Positions 11,581-24,929 of a DNA stretch of 64,000 nt are shown in pieces. The stretch lies in contig MU058065.1 in the NCBI GenBank assembly GCA_013265495.1, forward strand, positions 9,589,720 to 9,653,719, given 5' to 3'. The notes below the pieces were generated by a model. It saw only the letters and a program-made list of their open reading frames with translations, was not told where the DNA came from and searched no databases. The stretch comes from Vicugna vicugna. Lineage: Eukaryota. Position numbers and translations under genes: made by a program. Position 1 is the first letter of the stretch, and every line of letters starts with the position of its first letter.

Positions 11581-13049
11581 TTGGAGGCAAAGGTAGGCCA
11601 TCAACACATAAATGTCCATGAGTTCTGTGCAGGGCACACATCTAACGTTCTGGACAACAGTCAGGGCTGGGCTTGAGTCACAATTAGGAAGGTAGTAGCG
11701 TATCATCCAGAAAAGGGGCGGCTCAATCCAAATATTGGTTGAGTGCGGTTGGAATAGTTAGAATGGATCAGGGCTCACTAGGAGGAAAGACATAAGAGTA
11801 GGTCAGAAGACCCAAACTCCAGTGAGCATAAGGAAGAGAAATTGGAATTAATGAAGGAGTCACTGAAGAGATCAGGAGACAGGCAGCATGTTGTTCCATT
11901 ATTGTGCCTAATGAGAAAAAAGCTTCCATTAAGAGCTGGTGATCTACAATGTTATATGTTTCAGCAGCATCAAGATAATCAATGAGCAGGATGAACTTAG
12001 TAATTTGGAGGTAATTGGTGACTTCGTGAGATGCAAAGAAACAAACAGTAAGTGACTTTGAATTTTATTAGATTTGGGATAAATATGGTGTAAAAAGAAG
12101 TTTCCCAGAGACGCTGGTCCAACAAAGTATAGGGTCATAATGACAGTCACAAAATGGATTTTCTTTGGTTCTGCTTTTATTTTCTTTGTAGAAAAATCCA
12201 GAGATTTAAAAATTCTTTATGCATTTTGGGGGACTCCGGAGTTTTTTTTGTGTCTATTACAAACTCACTGGTTGCTAAGTGCTTTTTACCATTTTCCTCT
12301 TGTCCTTCTCTGGCTCTCTGCAGAGTCAGGTGATATTAGCAAAGGCATAGGGCAAGGAAGAGAAGTCACTTCTAGAAGACCAGCCAGCCACCAACTACTT
12401 TCCATAGCTCGTGGCTTTCACTCCGGGAGTTTGACTACCATCGGGGCATAGCTAGTCCTCAGCAGTGGGGTTCAGACCTCTCATTCTGCCAGCACCCTGA
12501 GACAGTGCCATTAAGTCAGCTCTCAGAGGCTTGTCTCCTGTGTATAAATTTGTCAATTTTAGGATGCATTATAACAACCCTCAAGAAATGAGAATGCCTG
12601 TATTGACAGAAGATTGGAGACAAGGAATCCAAATATTGGGAGTAATTTGATTCAAGAAGTATCCCCCAGCCGGGATAGATTAAGGTACTTCTAGGGATGA
12701 TGCTGCCAAGAAATTCAAAATGTTTAGTGTTCGGTCAGAATTCCTTTTCCTCTCGGTAACACTGGCATAGTTACCTGTAAACATTTTCTTCCTCTGGGAT
12801 CCTGTGTTTTCCCCTGTTCATGTGGCTGATCATCCTCTACTCATGTGGTTTTTCAAACACGGGTCTGATACACTTGCTTAGGATTCTGCTTACAATCAAA
12901 TGCCAGTTCTGCCTCCTTGAGACTGCTCTCAGTCATCTTGATTGGAGCTTTAAGTTTTCATTAACTTTCCCTTCAAACAGTTTTAAAGACAATTTTTGAA
13001 ATTTATTCCTATGGTTGAAAATGTATATCCAGTGACTCCAATATTTCCT

Positions 13050-13270
13050 AGTTTGTTCATTCATACATTTTTCATCCATTTATTCACTCATTCATCCCAT
13101 GAATATTCAGTGTATGCCTACTAAGTGTCAGGTGCTGTGTTAGATGTTGGGATGGTAACGATTCGTAATACAGGCATAGTTTGGCTCTTTGCAGCTTTGA
13201 TGGTAAGTACTGGGAGACAGTTCACTCTAGACCCTGGGTGAGGTGACAGTTTCTGCTGCTATGGGAGCCC
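13050..13270 (-). mobile_element. L2 3' end
   Basis: (CATT)n-like tail followed by TGCCTACTAAGTGTCAGGTGCTGTGTTAGATGTTGGG. Confidence 0.7.
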
Positions 13271-15834
13271 AAAACATTGATGCCTATGGGAGTGTCCATT
13301 GATGCCCCTCAGTGACAGTCAGTTTTCCTTGTTGATGACTCCACCGCCTTGGTACCTAGTACTGCCTTGTATTAGACGCTGCTCAAGGTGGTAGTAAGGC
13401 AGCTGAGTCTGCCCCTCAGGCTGGACTCAGGACAGCCAGGGCTGCGAGAACATGAATAATAAATACTGAGGGTGCCGTCTTCTGACACTGAATCAGGCTG
13501 CTGGCTTCATTGCCAATCACTCTGCTCCCCTGAACTTCCGTCTGTTTTAGCATTTCTCACTCTTTCTACCCGCCTCCAATTTTATTGAGGTATAATTGAC
13601 ATGTTGTGTAAGTTTAAAAGGTACACTGTGATGATTTGATAGACATATATATTGTGAAATATTTACCATAATGTTAGTCAACACGTCCTTCACCTTATGT
13701 AATTGCCATTTTGATGCCATTTTTGTGAGAACCTTTAAAATCCTGTATAGCAACTTTCAAGTATAAAATACAGTACTGTTAACTAGAGTCACCATGTTGT
13801 GCAGTAGATCCCTGGAACTTATTTCTCCTGTAACTGGAAATTTATATCCTTTGACCAACATCTCATTTTCCTCACCCTACTTACCCTGCTCCCCGCCCCG
13901 GCCCCCGTCAGCCCCTGGGAACCACTGTTCTGCTCTCTACTTCTATGAATTTGGCTTTTTAAGATTCCACCTATAAGTGAGATCATACAATATTTGTCTT
14001 TCTCTGACTTATTTCATTTAGCATAATGCCATCCTTGTCGCAAATGGTAAGATTTCCTTCTTTTTTATGGCTGAATAATATTTATATATATGAATACAAT
14101 ATATATGAATATATATACTTCTTTTTCCATTCATACATCTACACTTAGGTTGTTTCTATATCTTGACTATTGTGAATAATGCTGCATTGAACATGAGGGT
14201 GCAGATAGCTCTTTGAGATAGTGATTTCATTTCCTTTGGCTATAACCAGAGGTGTGACTGCTGGATCATATGGTTGTTCTATTTTTAATTTTGGGGGAAT
14301 CTCCATACTGTTTTCTATGGTGGTTATACCAATTTACATTGCCACCAACAGTGCACAAGCATTCCCTTTTCTCTGTGTCCTCATCCACCTCTTGTCTTTT
14401 TGATAATAGTTATTATTACAGGTATGAAGAGATATCTCATTCTAGTTTTGATTTGCATTTCCCTCATGATTATTGTTGTTGAACATATTTTCATGTGCCT
14501 GTTGGTCATTTGTAAGTCTTCTTTGGAAAAATATCTATTCAGGTCCTTTGCCCACTTTTAATCAGATTATTTGTTGTTAGTTTTTTTTTTTTGCTTTGAT
14601 ACATGAGTTCCATATGTATTTTTGATATTAACCCCTTATCAGATATACACAGTTTGTAAATATTTTCTCCCATTCAGTAGGTTGCCTTTTCATTCTGTTG
14701 ATTGTTTCTTATGTTGTGCAGAAGCTTCCTAGTTTGATGTAGTCCCACTTGTTGATATTTTCTTTTGTTGTTTGTGCTTTTGGTGTCATATCCAAAAAAT
14801 ACTTGGTAAGACCAATGTTAAAGTGTATTTTCCCTTTTCTTTGTTTTAGGAGTTTTACTTTTCAGGTTTCAGGTCTTGTGTTTAAGTTCTTAATCTATTT
14901 CAAGTTAATTTTTGTGAGAGGTGTAAGATAGGGGTCCAATTTTATCCTTTTGAATATAAATATCTAGTTTTCCCAACACCATTTATCAAAGACATTATCC
15001 TTTCCCCACTGAATTTTTTTACTACTTTTTCAAATATTAGTTGACTGTAAGTATGCCTGAGTTTATTTCTGAGCTCTTAATTCTGTTCCATAATCAATGT
15101 GTATGTTTTAATGCCAGTACCATATTGTTTTGATTACTATAGCTTTGTAATGTAGTTTGAAGTCAGGAACTGTAATGCCTCCAAGGTTGTTGTTTTTTTA
15201 TCACGATTGCTTTGGCTATTTGGGGTCTTTACTGATTTCACTCAAATTTTAGGTTTATTTTTTTCTATTTCTGTGAAAAATGGCTTTGGAATTCTGATAG
15301 CAATTGCAATAAATCTGTAGATTGCTTTGGGTAGTATGGACATTTTAACAGTATTAATTCTTCTAATCCATGAACATAGTTATCTTTCCATTTATTTGTG
15401 TCTTCTTCAATTTCTTTCACCAATATCCTATAGTTTTTAGTATATAGATTTTTTTACTTCCTTGGTTAAGTTTATTCATAGTTATTTTATTGTTTTTGAT
15501 GCTATTGTGAATAAAACTGTTTTCTTTATTTCTTTTTCAGATAGTTTATTGTTAGTGTATAGAAATGCAACTGATTTTTGTATGTTGATTTTTGTGTCTT
15601 GAAACTACTGAATTTATTTATTAGTTCTAACATTTTTTTGGTGGAATGTTTAGTATTTTCTATATGCAAGATTATGTCAACCATAAACAGAGACATTTTA
15701 CTTTTTTCCTTTCTGATTTGTATGCATTTCTTTCTTTCTTTTTTTTTTTTAACTTAATTGCTCTGGCTAGGACTCCCAGTACTATATTGAATAGAAGTGG
15801 TGATACTGGGCACTCTTGTCATGTTTCTGATTTT

Positions 15835-15911
15835 TGGGGGGGGAGGAGGTAATTAGGTTTGTTTACTTATTTACCCATTTATTTATTTATTATTTTAGTG
15901 GAGGAACTGTG
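15835..15911 (-). mobile_element. 5'-truncated tRNA-Ala-derived SINE (vic-1-like) nested in L1
   Basis: Same tail as the 17513 copy (GGGGGAGG..AATTAGG..TATTTATTTATTATTTTAGTGGAGG); flanked by GATTTT at 15829-15834 and 15912-15917. Confidence 0.75.
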
Positions 15912-17109
15912 GATTTTAGAGGGGAAGCTTTCAACTTTTCACCACTGAGTATGATGTTAGTTGTGGGCTTGTCATATGTGGCCTCTATTATGTTAAGGTA
16001 TGTTCCTTTATACCTACTTTGTTGAGGTTTTTTATTATGAAAGGATGTTGAATTTTGTTAAATTTTTTTTGCATTTATTGAAGTGATCATGATTTTTATC
16101 TTTCATTCTATAAATGTGACCTATTACATTTATTGATTTGCATATGTTGAACGATTGCATCCTAGGGATGAATCCCACTTGATCATGGTGGATGGTGTAT
16201 CCTTATCTGGCTTTGGTAGTAGGATAATGCTGGCCTCAAAAAATGGGTTTGGAAGTGTTCCCTCTTCTTCAATTTTTCAGAAGAGTTTGAGAAGGATTGG
16301 TGTTAATTCTTTAAATGTGTGGTAGAATTCATTCTAGAAGCCATCTGGTCCCAGAGTTTTCTTCTTGGGAGGTTTTTGATTACTGACTCAGTCTCATTGC
16401 TTATTATTGGTCTGTTTCTTCATGATTCAGTCTTGGTAGAGTGGATATTTCTAGGAATTTATCCATTTCTTCTAGCTTGTTCAATTTGTTGGTATATAAT
16501 TATTCATAGTAGTCTCATAATACTTTGTATTTCTATGCTCAGTTTTAATGCCTTCTCTTTCATTTATAATTTTATTTATTTGAGGCCTCTCTTTTTCTTG
16601 GCTACTCTAACTAAAGGTTTGTGAATTTTGTTTATCTTTTCAAAAAAATCAATTCTTTGTTTATCTTTTCCATTTTTTTCTATTCTTTATTTCATTTATT
16701 TCTACTCTGATCTTTATTTCCTTCCCTCTGCTAAATTTGGGCTTAGTTTTTTCTTTTTTCCTAGTCCTTAAGGTGTAAAGTTAGGTTGTTTATTTAAGAT
16801 TTTTCCCTTTTAAAATGTAGACGTTTATTGTTATAATCTTCGTACCTAGAACTGCTTTTGCTGTGACCCATAAGTTTTGATATGTTGTTTCCATTTTCAT
16901 TTGTTTCAAGATATTTTTTCATTTCCTCGTTGATTTCTTCTTTTACTCATTGGTTGTTCAGTAGTGTGTTTAAATTCCACACATTAGTGAAATTTTCAAT
17001 GTTTCTTTTATTTCTGATTTCTAACTTCATACCATGTGGTAAAAAATGTACTTGGTATGAAATTAATATTTTTAAGTTTGCTAAGATTTGTCTTGTGACC
17101 TAATATATG

Positions 17110-17220
17110 GTGGAAAAAAATATGAAAATGAATATATGCATATTCATGTATGACTGAAGCATTATACTATACATCAGAAATTGACACATTGTAAACTGAC
17201 TATACTTCAATAAAAAACAT
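17110..17220 (+). mobile_element. ~110-bp younger L1 3' tip nested in the old L1
   Basis: Resembles the 3' ends at ~9120-9215 and ~51325-51430 (AGAAATTGACACATTGTAAACTGACTA..TTCAATAAAAAA); ATATATG at 17103-17109 and 17221-17227. Confidence 0.8.
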
Positions 17221-17512
17221 ATATATGATCTATTCTGGAGAATGTTCAGTGTGCACTTAAGAAGAATGTGTATTCTGCTGCTGTTGGATGGTCTGTTAGG
17301 TTTATTTGGTTTAAAGTATAGATCAAGTCCAATGTTTTCTTACTGATTTTCTGTCTGGATGATGGGTCCATTGTTGAAAGTGAGGTATTGAAGTCACCTA
17401 CAATTATTGTATTATTTTCCATTATTCCTTTAAGATATTTTAGTATTTGCTTAATATATTCAGGTGATCTGATGTTGGTTGCATATGTATTTATGTAATT
17501 TGTTATTATAAG

Positions 17513-17640
17513 TTTTTTTGAGGGGGGGAGGTGGCAATTAGGCTTATTTATTTATCTATTTATTATTTTAGTGGAGGTAGTGGGGATTGAACCCAGGACC
17601 TCATGCATGCTAGGGATGCATTCTACCACTGAGCTATACA
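17513..17640 (-). mobile_element. tRNA-Ala(AGC)-derived SINE (camelid vic-1-like)
   Basis: Minus strand TGTATAGCTCAGTGGTAGAATGCATCCCTAGCATGCATGAGGTCCTGGGTTCAATCCCCACTACCTCCA contains an A box and a B box, followed by a (TAAA)-rich segment, a C-run and an A-tail. Confidence 0.85.
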
Positions 17641-20600
17641 ATTTTTGATAAATTAACCCCTTTATCATTATATAACGATCTTCTTTTCTGTTATTACAGT
17701 TTTGGCTTAAGGTGTATTTTATCTAAGTATAGTTTTTGCTATACTTGCTCTTTTCTTGTTTCTATTTGCATGGAAAATATTTTTCCATCCCTTTACTTTG
17801 AGATATGTATGTTCTTAAAGCAGAAATGAGTCTCTTGTAGACAGGAGATAATTTGGTTTTTAAAAAAAAAATTCATTCAGGCACTCAATACCTTTTGATT
17901 GGAGAACTGAATCAGTTTACATTTAAAGTAATTGTTGATAGGTAAGGACTTGCTAATGCCTCGTTAATTGTTTTCTCACTGGTTTTTAGTTCCTTTGTTC
18001 CTTTCTTCCTCTCTTACTGTCTTCCATTGTGAATTCATAATTTCTGTAGTGGTGTATTTTGATTCCCTTTCTTTGTTTTGTTTTTATAGACTATAGGTTT
18101 TTGTTTTGTGGTTACCTTGAAGCTTCTATGAAATATCTTACAGGTTTAACAGTCTATCCAAAGCTGACTGTAACTTAACTTCCATTGTATACAAAAATTC
18201 TACCCTTTTATTCCTTATCCACCTTTTGTTTTTAATGTCACAATGCACATGTGCTTATATTGTGTACCCACTGACAAATTATTGTAGCTAAAGCTATTTT
18301 TAATACTTCTATCCTTTACCTTTATACTAGAGTTAAATGATCAACACACCACCATATTGCTGTATTGGAGTATTCTGAATTTGGTATATACTTACCTTTA
18401 CTAGTATGTTTTATATGTCATATGTTTTCATGTTACTAATTAACATCCTTTCATTACAACTTGAGAACTCCTTTCAACATTTCTTGTAAGGTAGGCCTAG
18501 TGGTGATGAATTCCCTTAGCTTTTGTTTGGGAGTCTTTATCTCTCATTCTAAAGATTCTGAATGACATATTTGCTAGGTAAAGTATTCTTGGTTCAAAAA
18601 TTTTTTTCTTTTAGCACTTTGGAAATATAATATTACTCTCTCTTGACCTGTAAGGTTTCTGCTGGGAAATTTGCTCAAAGCCTTATGGGGGTTCTTTTAT
18701 AAGTGACAAGCTTCTATTCTCGTGCTGCTTTCAAGGTTTCTGTTTATCTTTGATTTTAGACAATTTTATTGTAATATATTTTGAAGCAGATCATTTTGGG
18801 TTTAAATTTTGGGGACATTTATGGGCTTCATGAACTTGTATGTCCAACTCTCTCTCCAGTTTTGGAAATTCTCAGCTATTATTTCTTTAAATAGCTTTCT
18901 GTTCCTTTCTCTCTTCTACTGGCACTCCAATAATGCATAGATTGTTTCTCTTTATTTTGTCCCACAAGTTCTATTGCTTTCTTCATTCCTTTTTGTTTTT
19001 TTTTTCTTTTTTCTCCTCTAACTGGATAATTTCAAATGATCTACTTTAGAATTTTTTTTAATTCTTTCTTTTGCTTGGTCTAATTAATTATTGAAGCTCT
19101 ATATTGAATTCTTCAGTTCAGTCATTATATTCCTCAGCTGCTATATTTCTGTTTGGTTGTTTTTTATGTTTTCTATATTATTCTTGAACTTTTCATTTTG
19201 TCTTTGCATTGTTTTCCTGATATTGTTAAATTGTTTATCTCTGTTCTTTTGTAGCTCTCTGAGCATTTTTACAATAATTATTTTGAATCTTGTCAGGAAA
19301 TACATTTATCTCCATTTCTGTGGGGTCTGTTAGTGGAAGTTTACTGTGTTGCTTTGGTGGTGTTATGTTTCCCTAATTCTTCATGATCCCCGTAACCCTG
19401 CATAGGTATCTGCACATTTGAAGAAGCAGTCACCTCTTTCATACTTTATGGACTGACTTTGGTATGGGAAGAATTTCACCTGATGGTGAGTGCACACTGT
19501 AGCACGCTACATACTTGGGTCTAGGGGTACAGGGCACCAAGTGCAGGAACTTGTGGTAACTCTGGGTCTGGGGGGCAGTGTGTGTGATGTCTTATTGGCT
19601 TAGGCTGCTGGGGTCCATTGGCATTGACAACTGTGTGGTTCTTGACAAGCACTGCGGGGGTTCCACGGTGGCTGCAAGGCCTGTTGAGGTTTTAGCAGAG
19701 CCTCCAGTCACCAGAACTGGGCAGCAGTGGTGCTTTGCGTACACTTGGCTGTGGGGGCTGACTTCAGGTGCCTGTATCATAGCAGGGGCTAGATGCAGAC
19801 ATATACGTAGTAGTCGGGGGCCAGGGCCAGTAGCTAGTGCGGGGGCCAACTGTGGGCATGCTAGCAGCCATGGGGGCCCTGGCTGCCAGTGTGTACTCAT
19901 ATGGCTACAGGGTATCCCCACAGGTGTGCATATGGTAGTGAGGGCCACTGATGGAAGTTGGGCCAGGAGGCATGCACATGCAAGCTAGCTAGGGGCTAGC
20001 TACAGGTGAGCCAGCAGTGTAGGCCAGTGACAGACCAGGGCCAGGTCTAGGCCCATAATCAGCTTTGGGGGGATCTGGCTATCAGTGTGTACTCCTGTGG
20101 TAGCAGGGTCTCCCCATGGGCATGTGCAAGTGTGTGGCACTGAAGGCTGGTGACAGGTGCTGGGCCAGAGTCTTGCAGGTGCACAGCCAGAGGGGGTAGT
20201 CCTGGAAGCACACAGTGGTGGGGGCCAGCTGCTGGGAATCTAGGCTGGTGTCTTACACTCACACAGTAGCAGAGGCCAGTGCTGGCTACCTGTATTGATC
20301 CCAGCTCTTTTAGGGATGGGGAGGGCATGGCTGGGGAGTGAGCAGGGAGAGAGCTGGTGTCTGCAAATGGAAAAACCTATAGAGGGGAAAACCTCACTGG
20401 TGAGATCTGTAGGGAACTTGTGGCAGCTGTCCTGGCCCATGGTTTCCTCAGCAGTGAGAGCTGCTGGGGTCCTCTGTGGAGCCGGTCACTGGGAACCTGT
20501 TCTGATGGCTGCCACTGCTGCATGGCTCCTGCTTCATGGCTGATTCTGGTAACCCCTGCCCTTCTTCTGTTTCTAGCTATCTCTAGGTGTCTCAGCTTTG

Positions 20601-22349
20601 TTGGTCTCTGGATAAGGTGAGGGTCATTCAAGAAGTACCCTGAAAGTCTGGTAAAGCTGGTCACTCACCTCGTTCTCCTCTCCCTGGTTGTGAAGATACA
20701 CTGCATTGCTGACGTTTTTAAAGGGGACTTCTAAGCCCTCCCAGAGCTGTTTTTGTTCATGGATAGCTGTCTAATTGCTGATCCTCGCTGGGAGGTGGAA
20801 GTTGGGGTCTCCTCCTCAACTGTTATGGTAACATCATCTGGCTTTCTCACTCTTTCATTGTAGCCCTTTTCTTCTAGGACTTACTACCCTTGCTCCTACA
20901 ACTAACACGTGCATATTGACTCTCTCCTTAGAATGAGTTCTTTCTGAAGAAACTTTTTTTTTCCCTCCCCTGATGCAAATATACTCTTGATTTGCCTGCT
21001 CCATTATTCCTCCAGATATACGAAGACATCCTAAATCCCTCAGTAAGCAAACCTTATGGTCAAGTCAATGTACCTAAAACAGATTCATTTAACTCCATCA
21101 CCAATATACATGAATACATACATAGAGAACATTAACCCAGGGCCTAGCAAAGGAACTCACACAATAAGAAGAAAGGATGAGAGGGAAGGAATGAAAAGGG
21201 GAGGAAAATAAAGGAAGAAGAATGAAATAAAGAATGAATTCTAGTGCAGAATTCAAGAAACTGAGCACATAATGAATCCTTAATAATTTAAGATAGGAAG
21301 AATAGTTGGATGTAACAGTTTTCTAGAGATTCTGATACTTTTTTTTAGAGAGTGTACATTATATAATCTGGAATGTATAAAGAGAAACAAGGTTATGATT
21401 GCCAAGATACAATATATAACTGGAATATATAGCATAATATTTAAAGCAAAATTCTGAAATACTTTTATACATTTACTTCATCTTTCCAAGGATAGAAATG
21501 TCATATCTTTGGAAATTTCAGATGACTAGGTAGTGCCAAATTCATATGAACTGTTTGTGAAATTCATGTGAGAAAATAACAGTATAGAAATTGCTTATCC
21601 AGAATGTAAGAAGACTGCAGCATCAGCTGGAAAGTCAGTCTGTGACAGGCTGTTCACATCACTGAGAGGCAGAGCCCCCTGCTGTGAGAGGCTGAGGCCC
21701 CTGCTGGGAAATGCTATCTGCACATTTGCTGGGTTCTTGTATTGCTGGGCTCTTTGTGTTTTGTGGTAAGTTAGAAGCAGCGGAATATGTGAAATGAGGA
21801 CAGGTGTATTAAAGATCTCTTATAGCTTTTGGTTGCACATATTTAAACTGCTTAGAAACAGTAGCTCCAGGTTCATACCTTCTGTCCTATATATGCGTTT
21901 AATCAGTTATAAAGCATATCTTCACTTTGTAAAACGATAACTGGAAGGCTGATTTTTACATTCAGAAGAAAGGGCTGTATCAGAATCACTGGTATCAGGA
22001 GTCTTATGCATATGATACAGTATCTTGTGGCTGAAAAGGACCAGATCCAGAAAGGCTATTTCTTCCTGAACTGAAATCTTTACTATAAGTTTAACTGCTT
22101 TGTCTCTGAGCAAGGACCCTTTTGTTTAGCTATAGAGACAAAGGAGTTTGCAGAGAAAGTGATGTGTGTGGACTGCTCATCTTTCTCTAGGGAGAAAGGG
22201 ACTTGGGCACCCCCACTACGTCCTTCCCTTACCTCAAGACTTTGATCCGGATAAAGGGAGATGAGAGTGACCAAGGTAGAAGACAGAAATGATTTGATAA
22301 CAATGGAATCATGCTCTACAGGGAATTCCAAAATAATAAAAAAGTGTTA

Positions 22350-22800
22350 TATTAGTTATGCTGTCTCTTTCAGTTGTATGCAATAAAAATTAAACTTGAA
22401 CTGGTTTAAAGAAAATAAACGTACTGACTCCAAGGTACATGATCAGACAAGGCTGGATTCTGGTATACAAGGATTGCTGGCAGGCACCTGACACATTCCA
22501 CCCCTTGACTTATCTTTTTTCTTGGTGTTGGCTTTGTTCTTAGACTCTTTGCAAACAATCAAAGCCTTATATTCTACTGCTTCAGCGACACCAGCAGAGT
22601 GTCTCTCTTTCCTTACAGATACAGAAACAGCTCTCCAGCTGATGCTCACTGGCCCAAGTCTGGTCATGTATCCATTCCTGAACCCAGTGTTTACTCTGAT
22701 GGATAGAACCTGGGTCATGTGACCACTTGTTCCCTGCAATCAGGTTGGGCTCAACTCCACCCACATCAAGGATCTGACAGTAAGAGAGGGATGGCTCTGC
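22350..22800 (-). mobile_element. MaLR LTR (MLT1K/L-like)
   Basis: TTTCAGTTGTATGCAATAAAAATTAAACTTGAACTGGTTTAAAG start; CACTGGCCCAAGTCTGGTCATGTATCCATTCCTGAACC. Confidence 0.6.
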
Positions 22801-22859
22801 AAACTATATGAAAGGAAAAAAACCCAGAAAACTTAAACAAGCGGGAAAATATTCTCTGT

Positions 22860-23400
22860 TTTTGGATAGAATGGCTTAACCTCATAGAAATATCAACTCT
22901 CTCAAGTTAGTATATTAAGTTTAAGGCAAGACCAATAAAGATACCAATGAACTTTCCCCCTAGAGCTAGACAAATTGATTCTAAAGATAATCTTAAAAAT
23001 AAACAAGCAAGTACATCTAGGCAAACCTTAAAATGAAAAGCAATGAAAGAAACTATACTTTAATACCCTATTAAACTTTTCATTATTACCTATTATAAAC
23101 AATACAGCAAATAATATTCTCTACATGACTTCTTGTGCACATATACAAGATTTTTCTTTAAGATATCTCCTTAGAAGGGAACTTAGGAGGTATAGGATAG
23201 GTGTACCTACTAAACAGTTCTTTTTAAAATTTTTTAGTTGTAAAGGTTTAAAAAATTAACTATAGTGTGACATACATATTTCTGTATAAACGTTTTACAG
23301 GTACAGTTTATATGGTGTCAAAAGTACTGAGAATAATGGAACCCACCCCACAGAACGAGAGTTAATTGAGAATTGAGTTTATTCAACAACTAATATTGTA
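22860..23400. mobile_element. Old L1 fragments, both orientations
   Basis: + ORF2-like text (CCAATAAAGATACCAATG...GAGCTAGACAAATTGATTCTAAA), then antisense L1 text after ~23090. Confidence 0.5.
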
Positions 23401-24218
23401 ATCATATTAGAGAAAAATCTAAAACTAACAGGCATTGTGATGGTGTTTACTGAAACTCCACTCTCTCTTCAGCCGGGAAATTACTTAACTCTTGGCTGGC
23501 CCTGACCTTATCTTTGTGACCCATGATTTTCATTTTGGTTCTTCTCCCATCCTTTTGAATTGATTAGCCCTTGTATCAATGCCTTTATTACTTAAAAGAG
23601 TTCTCAGAATCTTTGCATTTTTAAAAATTCACACTTGAGTGAGTTTTCTGTTTCAAGCATCTAGCACAGTGCTTGGCAAACAGAAGAACTTCTGTTCAAC
23701 TGAAGTCTTTTGTCAATTATAGTTCATAGCTCTAACTATCCCTGACCTTATTTGCATAGCTCCATGCAAAGTTCCAAACTGGAACTCCTAATGCATGTTT
23801 GGAAATAGTATTGCCAGATGGTTCCAACAAGAATACTAAGATCGCTTGAGAAAAAAAAAAATGACCACATACCAAAATTACACATGCCAGGAGGAGCGGT
23901 TTGCTGATGACAGTCTATGTTACATCTTGTGCTTTACATTAGATAGTACTTAATCAAATGTTTATTTTTCAAGAATACACTGTTTTCAAACAAGTGGATA
24001 ATATATCCCAAGAAAGCAAGTTCTTTTTTTTGAGCTAACACTTAATCCTCTGTGTTAATTGTTCCATATATTAAGCATGATCACTGCTGATGTTATAGAG
24101 GAACTTCTCTGAAGTTCATTCCAGAACACTCTTTTCCCTGAGAATTATGCAAACGAGAGTTGCATTTTATAGCTGAAGTTATATTTACCAGTGAATTTTA
24201 ACGTTCACGTATCTTTAT

Positions 24219-24520
24219 GTGTCTATCAGTTATCCATCACTGTGGAACAAATTACTCCAAACCTTGGGGGCTTTACATGACATTTATTACCACTTGCAGC
24301 ACTTATTATTCTTGCCGGTCGGGAATCCAGGAGTGTCTTGGGTGGGTGGTTCTGATTCAGGGTTTCTAATGAGGTTGAGTCAGTTGTCAGCAGCCCTGTG
24401 AAGACCTCATGGGGGTTGGAAGACGCACTTCCAAGGTGGCGCACTCACGTGATTGGCAAACTCGTGCTGGCTGTTGACTTCTCGCCATGTGGGTATCTCC
24501 AAGAAACTGCCTGAGTGATG
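24219..24520 (-). mobile_element. MaLR LTR (MLT1E/F-like), partial
   Basis: TCAGTTATCCATCACTGTGGAACAAATTACTCCAAACCTT...CACTTCCAAGGTGGCGCACTCACGTGATTGGCAA. Confidence 0.7.
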
Positions 24521-24737
24521 GTCTGCAGGATCATGATTCCCTGTGGCAAGCACACTGGAGTCTCTGTGTGGAATTTTCAAAATATCACTCTTGTTCTGGG
24601 ATTCTGATTACTTACACTAATAATGGTGGTGTGGGAACAATTTAGCACTAATACTGTATGTAAATAGGAAGAATTACATCTATGTCATGATTTTCTGAAC
24701 TCAAAGTGAATGGCATTTTATCTGCCAATTTTGGGGT

Positions 24738-24915
24738 GTTATCTCAAGGTCATCCTCAGCACAATCCAATGAGGTGGGTATTATTATTACTTCCAATTTA
24801 AAGCTGAGAAAATTGAGAAAGCGCCTGTTCAGGTTATAGCTCCATGGAGCTGAAATTTGAATTTGGGCAGTGGACTCTGAAACTTGTGCTCCTAACAATC
24901 AAGCTGTAATGTCTC
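24738..24915 (-). mobile_element. MIR SINE
   Basis: ATGAGGTGGGTATTATTATTACTTCCAATTTAAAGCTGAGAAAATTGAG...GAAATTTGAATTTGGGCAG. Confidence 0.75.
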
Positions 24916-24929
24916 CTCTTTGGGTCTTA

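Larger units (their letters stand above)
13567..20842 (-). mobile_element. Full-length degenerate L1 (L1MA9-like 3' end) with 14-bp TSD
   Basis: TSD TTTCTCACTCTTTC at 13553-13566 and 20843-20856. Antisense 3'UTR (~13580-14000), ORF2 (~14000-17900), ORF1 region (~18400-19400) and GC-rich 5'UTR (~19450-20840). Reading frames are destroyed. Confidence 0.9.

Noticed and set aside
17572..17640. tRNA-Ala gene
   Set aside because: The acceptor-stem 5' G-run is missing, stems are mutated, and it carries a SINE tail and sits inside an L1.
19578..20664. Overlapping 66-136 aa ORFs
   Set aside because: They lie in the GC-rich L1 5'UTR and are chance ORFs.
21879..22065. Minus-strand exon/ORF EEIAFLDLVLFSHK...
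   Set aside because: Poor acceptor, stops in all frames, no recognisable homology.
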